Origin: Candidatus Thorarchaeota archaeon | Lineage (GTDB): Archaea; Asgardarchaeota; Thorarchaeia; Thorarchaeales; Thorarchaeaceae | Assembly: GCA_003345555.1 (NCBI GenBank) | Contig: PRDJ01000041.1 | Location: forward strand, 60,001-92,000 | Length of the DNA: 32,000 nt | Direction: 5' to 3' | Part shown: piece after piece, positions 25,914-32,000 of the stretch | How the letters are laid out: the number at the start of each line of letters is the position of its first letter | Numbering within the stretch: position 1 is the first letter of the stretch | The notes under the pieces: generated by a model | The model's input: the letters and a program-made list of their open reading frames with translations, nothing else | Database searches by the model: none | What the model was told of the DNA's origin: nothing | Translations under genes and position numbers: made by a program

Positions 25914-28789
25914 CGGGCTACATCAAGGTCCGAGGCGCCTCTGAGCACAACCTGAAGGGTATCGACGTCGACATCCCGAGAGACAGGCTCGTTGTCGTCA
26001 CGGGACCCTCAGGTTCGGGGAAATCCAGTCTTGTCTTTGATACCATCTTTGCCGAAGGTCAGAGGAGATATGTTGAATCACTCTCATCATATGCCAGGAG
26101 GTTTCTGGGTCGACTCGATAAGCCGAGAGTTGAGTCAATCACAGGCTTGCCACCCGCAATCTCAATTGAGCAGAAAGGGGGAACCAAGAACCCCAGAAGC
26201 ACGGTTGGAACCAGTACCGAGATTCACGACTATCTACGACTTCTGTTTGCCAACATAGGCATCCCGCACTGCCTCAAGTGTGGTGCCGCTATGGAACAAC
26301 TCACTGCGGATTCGGCTGCAACACTTCTGCTTCAGGAGAATGGTGGCAAGAGAATCGTGGTTCTCGCCCCGGTCGCGAGAGAAGAGCCAGGAAAACTAGA
26401 GGATACGCTCCAGCATCTGACCGAGAACGGTTTCACGCGAGTCAGGGTCGACGGGGAGATTCGAGAACTTGAAGGACTAGAACTGGACGGCCGCAAGAAG
26501 CACAATGTGGACGTAGTCGTTGATAGAGTCGAGCTGGGCGAGAAGAGCAGAGAAAGACTGGTCGGTTCCATTGAGACTGCTCTAGAGTCAGGGCAGGGTT
26601 CGGCAGTCATAGCTCGGGAAGGGGAGCAGGATATAGTATTCGCAGAGAAACTCATGTGCCCACACTGCGGTATTCAATACGAAAAGCTCGAACCCAAGGC
26701 TTTCTCGTACAACACTCCTGCTGGCGCATGTCCGGCCTGCAACGGTCTCGGTGCCACAATCAGCATCGATCCGGAGAAGATTGTTCCAAATAAGATACTC
26801 AGTCTAACAGATGGTGCCCTGAAGCCATGGGCCGGGTCTCAACAGTCATGGCCGTATCGCTTGCTTGAAGCTCTATCTGCAGAAGCGAACTTCTCCCTTG
26901 ACACGCTGTGGAGCAAGCTTCCAGAGTCCGTTCACGACCTCATAATGTGGGGTCGTCCGCCACTCAGAGTGAAGTTCTCCTATCAGCAGATTGACTACAA
27001 GGGACGACTTCAAACAGTAAACGTGACCCGCACTTGGGAGGGCATGGTACCTAGATTTGAGAGGCACCTTCGCGGAAGACTATCCGAAGAGACCAAAGAG
27101 AAGATCATCAGTCTATACTCAAGCAGGAAGGTCTGTGCAGCATGTGGTGGCAAGAAACTTCGACCGGAAAGTCTCGCAGTGACAGTTGCAGGAAAGACAA
27201 TCGACAGCGTAACCTCAATGACAATCGAAGATGCTCTCGACTTCTTCAAGAATATCGAACTGACAGAGCGGGAGCACAAGATTGCTGGACTCATCCTGAA
27301 AGAGATCGTGTCCCGTTTATCATTCATAGTATCAGTCGGACTTGACTATCTCAACCTTGACCGTCCATCGATGACACTCTCGGGCGGAGAATCACAGAGA
27401 ATCCGTTTGGCGACTCAGATTGGGTCTGCGTTGACGGGAGTACTCTACTGCTTGGATGAGCCCTCGGTCGGTCTGCACCCTCGCGATATTTCACGGCTGC
27501 TTGTCACTCTGATTCGACTGAGGAGCCTTGGCAACACGGTTGTAGTAATCGAACACGACCGTGACACAATCAATGCGGCAGACTACGTTGTGGACTTGGG
27601 TCCGGGAGCCGGCGTCCACGGAGGAAAGCTAGTCGCATGCGGCACTCCTGAAGAAGTGCTCTCGAGTCCGAAATCACTCACTGCCCTCTATCTCGCAGGC
27701 AAGAAGCAGATACCAGTGCCCAAGACGAGAAGGGCGGGTAGCGGAAAGTCAGTAGTCGTAAGGGGAGCCCGTCAGAACAACCTGAGAAACATAGACGTTG
27801 CATTTCCACTTGGGAGATTCATCTGTGTCACGGGAGTCTCTGGCAGTGGTAAGAGTACGCTCGTCCACGAGACACTATACAAAGCCTTGGCCCAAGTCAT
27901 GGGTTCCTCCACGGAGACACCTGGTGACCATGACGGGATTGACGGAGCCGAGAACATTGACCGTCTAATACTGGTGGACCAGTCTCCCATTGGACGAACT
28001 CCTCGGTCAAACCCTGCAACCTACACAAAGGTCTTCGATGAGATTCGCAAGCTCTTTGCACTGACTCCCGAGGCAAAGGCGAGAGGCTACACGGCAGGCA
28101 GGTTCAGCTTCAACACGAGAGCCGGCAGATGTGAGAAGTGCCAAGGCAGTGGGCTTCTTCGAGTCGAGATGCACTTCATGACCGATGTCTACATCACCTG
28201 CGACGTGTGCAACGGTAATCGCTTTGACAGAGAGACACTCGAGGTGAAATACAAAGGCAGGAACATAACTGAGGTTCTCAGGATGAATATCGAGGAGGCA
28301 CTGGGATTCTTCCAAGACATTCCGCAGGTGGCCGACAGGCTGCAGACACTCGCTGATGTTGGTCTTGGATACGTCGAACTCGGCCAGCCCGCGACCACGC
28401 TCAGCGGAGGCGAGGCACAAAGGGTTAAGCTTGCAGCAGAACTCTCGCGCAGAAACACAGGGTCTACCCTATACATACTTGACGAGCCTACAACCGGCCT
28501 CTCAGCATCAGACGTGGATGTGCTCCTCAAGGTCTTGAATCGGCTTGTCGACTCTGGCAACACTGTCATCGTCATCGAGCACAACCAAGAAGTCATAAAG
28601 ACTGCAGACTGGGTGATTGATTTGGGTCCCGAAGGTGGGGTCAAGGGTGGTACCTTGGTTGCCGCAGGAACGCCAGAAGAGGTCTCATCAGTACCCGAGT
28701 CTTTCACTGGGCAGCATCTCAAAAGCGCTCTTTCAGGTCCCAAAGTGCGTCACAGTGTAGTTACCACACTGCCGCCTCCAAAGACCTGA
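25910..28789 (+). CDS. uvrA: excinuclease ABC subunit A, copy 2 (full length, 959 aa)
   Basis: [17 protein letters not shown] and [28 protein letters not shown], UvrB-binding-like domain, [16 protein letters not shown] and C-terminal Zn finger (CEKC...CDVC). ATGA overlap with copy 1. Confidence 0.95.
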   Translation: MTGYIKVRGASEHNLKGIDVDIPRDRLVVVTGPSGSGKSSLVFDTIFAEGQRRYVESLSSYARRFLGRLDKPRVESITGLPPAISIEQKGGTKNPRSTVGTSTEIHDYLRLLFANIGIPHCLKCGAAMEQLTADSAATLLLQENGGKRIVVLAPVAREEPGKLEDTLQHLTENGFTRVRVDGEIRELEGLELDGRKKHNVDVVVDRVELGEKSRERLVGSIETALESGQGSAVIAREGEQDIVFAEKLMCPHCGIQYEKLEPKAFSYNTPAGACPACNGLGATISIDPEKIVPNKILSLTDGALKPWAGSQQSWPYRLLEALSAEANFSLDTLWSKLPESVHDLIMWGRPPLRVKFSYQQIDYKGRLQTVNVTRTWEGMVPRFERHLRGRLSEETKEKIISLYSSRKVCAACGGKKLRPESLAVTVAGKTIDSVTSMTIEDALDFFKNIELTEREHKIAGLILKEIVSRLSFIVSVGLDYLNLDRPSMTLSGGESQRIRLATQIGSALTGVLYCLDEPSVGLHPRDISRLLVTLIRLRSLGNTVVVIEHDRDTINAADYVVDLGPGAGVHGGKLVACGTPEEVLSSPKSLTALYLAGKKQIPVPKTRRAGSGKSVVVRGARQNNLRNIDVAFPLGRFICVTGVSGSGKSTLVHETLYKALAQVMGSSTETPGDHDGIDGAENIDRLILVDQSPIGRTPRSNPATYTKVFDEIRKLFALTPEAKARGYTAGRFSFNTRAGRCEKCQGSGLLRVEMHFMTDVYITCDVCNGNRFDRETLEVKYKGRNITEVLRMNIEEALGFFQDIPQVADRLQTLADVGLGYVELGQPATTLSGGEAQRVKLAAELSRRNTGSTLYILDEPTTGLSASDVDVLLKVLNRLVDSGNTVIVIEHNQEVIKTADWVIDLGPEGGVKGGTLVAAGTPEEVSSVPESFTGQHLKSALSGPKVRHSVVTTLPPPKT

Positions 28790-28839
28790 TTTATCACTGA
28801 CTGCATCGCAATATCAGCTGACGAACGGAGATTCTCGAT

Positions 28840-30651
28840 GTGTCCGATCTTGCCAAACTGGTTGGTGACCTTCCTGAGCTTCCAGGGGTGTACCTCTGGA
28901 AGGATGAAGCAGGCAAGATCATTTACATTGGAAAAGCCAAGTCACTTCGGAAACGTGTTAGCTCATATCTCAGCAGAAAGGAATTGGACTCAAAGACTGA
29001 AGATCTCATGAACCATGCCCGTGACCTTGAGACGATAGTGACTAACAACGAGCTTGAGGCTGTGATACTCGAGTCAACACTCATCAAGCAACATATGCCA
29101 AAATACAACATCGCACTGAAGGACGATCGAAGGCATGCTTGGATACGTGTTGACCTCAACAAGGAGTATCCAGTGTTTGAGGTGACTCGCGATGTCGCAA
29201 AGGACGGGGCCAACTACTACGGGCCCTATGGAAGCACAAGGCGGCTCGACAGATTCCTAGATTCAGCTCGTAAGTTCATTCCTATTGCTATGTGCAAGAG
29301 CCCAGAAGCTGTCAAGAGGGAGTGCACAGATTACTACCTTGGTAGATGTGCGGGACCTTGCAAAGAGCATGTCCCAAGAGAAGAATACAGATCCATGGTC
29401 GAACAGATGCGTCTGTACCTTGAGGGAAAGGAAGCCCAGCTGACTCAAGCAGTCAAGAAGGAGATGGACAAAGCTGCTAACAACCTCGAGTTCGAGAGAG
29501 CTGCCAGACTCAGAGATCGGCTCAAGGACATAGAGATAGTCATGAGGAAACAGAAAGTCTTCGACGTCGCCGAAATTGACAAAGACGTTCTTGGAATATC
29601 CAGAACCGAACAGGCTGCTCTCGTTGAGATGCTCATCATTAGGACGGGAAGGCTTGTTGGCACAGACCATTTCTATTTCGAACTGAGCATGGATACGACG
29701 GATTCGGAAGTCCTCTCTTCATTTGTAAAGCAGTTCTACTTCAAACTCCCTCAGGTCCCTGATGAGATACTCGTGCCGGTCGAAATACCTGAAATGGAAC
29801 AGCTTGGCGATTGGCTTAGTCAAAACAGGGCCGTGCCCATTAAGCTGTATCTGCCCGCTGAGGGTAAAGCGAACGAACTCGTCAAGATGGCAAACGCAAA
29901 CGCCACGAGAAGCCTACGGAGGATACTCGTTCTTGGAGACCGGGACGAAGACATTGTTGACGAGGGCGTCAAACAGCTCAAGGAAGCTCTGGGACTCACT
30001 CGCGCGCCGTTCCACATAGAAGGCTTCGACATTGCTAACATTCAGGGAACCGACCCGACCGGTTCATGTGTGGTCTTCGTCAACGGTCAAGCCGCAAATA
30101 GCAGCTACCGGATGTTCAGGGTACGCGTGAAAGAGACCCCCGATGATTATGCCATGATGTCAGAAGTGGTGCTGAGAAGGTATAGAGGCGTCCTTGAAGA
30201 GGGCGGTGTCATCCCTGATTTGATAATGGTCGACGGAGGAAAGGGCCAGCTAAGTGCGGCGCTCAAGGCTCTTGATCAGCTCGGACTCGAATACCTCCCA
30301 GTTGCGGCTCTTGCAAAGAAAGAGGAGATCATCTATACTCAAGACAACATGGACGGAATTGCTCTCCCGCCTGAGTCGCAAGGCCTGCGATTGATTGAAA
30401 GTATACGAGACGAGGCACACCGATTTGCGCAACGATACCATCACATCCTGAGAGAGAAGAGATTCACGGGTTCGATACTGGAGGAGGCGCCGGGGATTGG
30501 ACCGAAGAGGAGAGCCGCCTTGCTCAATGCATTCGGCAGCTACGAAAAGGTCAGGTCAGCGAGTGTAGAGGAACTGGCGAAAGTTGAGGGGATGTCGCAA
30601 AAGACCGCAGAAGCACTCAAGGAGTGGCTTGACAAGGACGAAATTGCCTAG
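28840..30651 (+). CDS. uvrC: excinuclease ABC subunit C
   Basis: GIY-YIG domain (GVYLWK...YIGKAKSLRKRV), Cys cluster, UVR motif LEFERAARLRD, RNase H-like IEGFDIANIQG and DLIMVDGGKGQL, and a C-terminal HhH (PGIGPKR). Confidence 0.97.
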   Translation: MSDLAKLVGDLPELPGVYLWKDEAGKIIYIGKAKSLRKRVSSYLSRKELDSKTEDLMNHARDLETIVTNNELEAVILESTLIKQHMPKYNIALKDDRRHAWIRVDLNKEYPVFEVTRDVAKDGANYYGPYGSTRRLDRFLDSARKFIPIAMCKSPEAVKRECTDYYLGRCAGPCKEHVPREEYRSMVEQMRLYLEGKEAQLTQAVKKEMDKAANNLEFERAARLRDRLKDIEIVMRKQKVFDVAEIDKDVLGISRTEQAALVEMLIIRTGRLVGTDHFYFELSMDTTDSEVLSSFVKQFYFKLPQVPDEILVPVEIPEMEQLGDWLSQNRAVPIKLYLPAEGKANELVKMANANATRSLRRILVLGDRDEDIVDEGVKQLKEALGLTRAPFHIEGFDIANIQGTDPTGSCVVFVNGQAANSSYRMFRVRVKETPDDYAMMSEVVLRRYRGVLEEGGVIPDLIMVDGGKGQLSAALKALDQLGLEYLPVAALAKKEEIIYTQDNMDGIALPPESQGLRLIESIRDEAHRFAQRYHHILREKRFTGSILEEAPGIGPKRRAALLNAFGSYEKVRSASVEELAKVEGMSQKTAEALKEWLDKDEIA

Positions 30652-30716
30652 ATGAAGTCGGTCCCTGAGAATGAGCAAGCACTTAACCCGGAGAAGCGTA
30701 TGTATCGCCGATAGAC

Positions 30717-31007
30717 GTGAGGGTCTTCGTAGGAGTCAAAACGGAACTCGGTCGTGCGTATCAGGTTAGAGAACGTGTTCGCAAGCTCAGAGGCGTGAAG
30801 TGTGCATGCACGATCTACAGGGGTCCATATGATGTGATTATCACAGTTGACGTTCCAGACTTGAAAGACTTCGAGACCCTCGCCCTATACGAGCTTCCTC
30901 GCATTCAGGGTGTTCTGGACTATGAATCGTTTCTCACGGCAAGCCCTGATGACAAAGAGGAAGCAGGATGGACTCCGGATCCCATTTTCTCGCCGTCAAA
31001 GAAGTAG
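30717..31007 (+). CDS. stand-alone Lrp/AsnC ligand-binding (RAM) domain protein
   Basis: VFVGVKTELG...V...LRKL.GV...IYRGPYDVIITVDVPDL......I.GVLDYESF ferredoxin-like pattern, with no N-terminal HTH. Confidence 0.75.
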   Translation: MRVFVGVKTELGRAYQVRERVRKLRGVKCACTIYRGPYDVIITVDVPDLKDFETLALYELPRIQGVLDYESFLTASPDDKEEAGWTPDPIFSPSKK

Positions 31008-31030
31008 CAAGCCCTCCTCAAGAAGCTCAT

Positions 31031-31849
31031 TCAATGCTCCTTCGTAGCAAGTAGCGAATACATCAGAGGAAGCTGAACCTCAGCGTTGTCATAGTACCAT
31101 GACCCATCCTTGGCTTGCTTCAGGAATGGGAATTGCTGGAAAACCGAACTCGGAAACTCGTGAAGAAAACGAATTCGCAGGCCAGCATTTGATAATGCAG
31201 TGACGACATCACCCAACCCATGAGCCCACTCATAATCGACGTATGGTCCTATCTTCTTGTCGGTTTCTGCGTAGGACTTGTCAACGTCGAACCGACTTGG
31301 CTGGGTGTTGTGAAAGTAGCTGTATCTAATCTCGAACCCATCATGCGAGTCCGAATCGAACACCCACATCAAGGGGTGAAATTCGGCGATGTAGAACACT
31401 CCTTTAGGCTTCAGGAAACTGGCAACAATCTCCGCCCATCTGGGCAAATCTGGCAACCAGCACAGAACGCCGTATGAAGTGAAAACAACATCGAACTTCT
31501 TGCTCAGAACCTTCGGCAGATCATAGATGTTGGACTCGATAAACGTCCCCTTGAGACCTGTTTGCTCCGCCAATCTTCGTGCCAGCTGAATGGCCGCTCC
31601 TGAGAAGTCAACGCCAGTCACATTCGCCCCCTTGCGCGCCCACGATAGCGTGTCGAGACCGAACTGGCACTGGAGATGCAACAGACTCTTTCCCTTTACG
31701 TCGCCCAGCTCATTGAGTTCCACAGGATGGAGAGTTGTTGCTCCCTCGAGAAACTCCCTTGTCTTGTAGGTCTTAGAATCAAAATGGAGTCTGGAGAGTT
31801 CGTCCCAAAGCTTCTGATTGGCTCGGAAAGCTGCATCGATATCCTTCAC
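31031..31849 (-). CDS. class I SAM-dependent methyltransferase
   Basis: LGDVKGKSLLHLQCQFGLDT (motif I variant), VTGVDFS, FDVVFTSYGVL and LKPKG. Confidence 0.88.
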   Translation of the reverse strand: MKDIDAAFRANQKLWDELSRLHFDSKTYKTREFLEGATTLHPVELNELGDVKGKSLLHLQCQFGLDTLSWARKGANVTGVDFSGAAIQLARRLAEQTGLKGTFIESNIYDLPKVLSKKFDVVFTSYGVLCWLPDLPRWAEIVASFLKPKGVFYIAEFHPLMWVFDSDSHDGFEIRYSYFHNTQPSRFDVDKSYAETDKKIGPYVDYEWAHGLGDVVTALSNAGLRIRFLHEFPSSVFQQFPFLKQAKDGSWYYDNAEVQLPLMYSLLATKEH

Positions 31850-32000
31850 CGGTTGTCATACCTTCAACACGGACTGCAAACCTCATCGGTTATGCTTTTT
31901 GCTCGTCGCACGAGAAAAGATGGCGTACTAGTTTGCAGCAGAGCGAAACGTCGCCATTTGCGCATTGGAAAGCCACACCATTTCGTTTAAATTGGGGGGC

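Noticed and set aside
25895-25920. Programmed -1 frameshift fusing UvrA copy 1 to copy 2 into a chlamydia-like double protein
   Set aside because: The frames are -1 related, but there is no slippery heptamer or obvious stimulatory structure before the stop. A GAGG RBS and an ATGA overlap explain the junction as ordinary translational coupling.
21624-30444. Numerous 60-184-aa alternative-frame and antisense ORFs inside the uvr genes
   Set aside because: They overlap highly conserved genes, lack motifs, and are expected by chance at this GC content.
31895-32000. Imperfect hairpin (31895-31919) and an open - strand frame running in from the window edge to a TAG at 31928-31930
   Set aside because: Only 23 sense codons are visible, with no recognisable motif. 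It may be the 3' end of a gene outside the window but cannot be supported from this sequence.
1-32000. Mobile elements, prophage genes, rRNA genes and defence systems
   Set aside because: No transposase, integrase, terminal inverted repeats, phage structural genes, rRNA signature sequences or known defence-gene motifs were recognised.

Overview
Gene-dense archaeal chromosomal window with TATA-like boxes and GGAGG/GAGGTGA ribosome-binding sites. It is most consistent with an Asgard archaeon, probably Thorarchaeia-like. This is an inference from gene content: longin-like domains, a Rab-like small GTPase, zinc-ribbon fusion proteins and C-terminally anchored surface proteins. Left end: two tandem, gap-free paralogues (354 aa each, about 78% identical by hand alignment) that fuse a 7-TM domain with predicted N-out/C-in topology to a cytoplasmic longin-like domain. 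Middle: transport, surface and metabolic genes (EamA/DMT, two MFS, a YdjM-like hydrolase flanked by two paralogous surface proteins, an MBL-fold hydrolase, an acyl-CoA dehydrogenase, a 767-aa surface protein, a Rab-like GTPase and a QueG/RdhA-like Fe-S protein). Right third: a bacterial-type nucleotide excision repair operon with the unusual order uvrB-uvrA-uvrA-uvrC, in which both uvrA copies are full length and overlap by ATGA. It is followed by a stand-alone Lrp/AsnC ligand-binding domain gene and a SAM methyltransferase. No rRNA, tRNA, CRISPR array or mobile element could be supported. All family calls come from motif recognition by eye; no database search was run.
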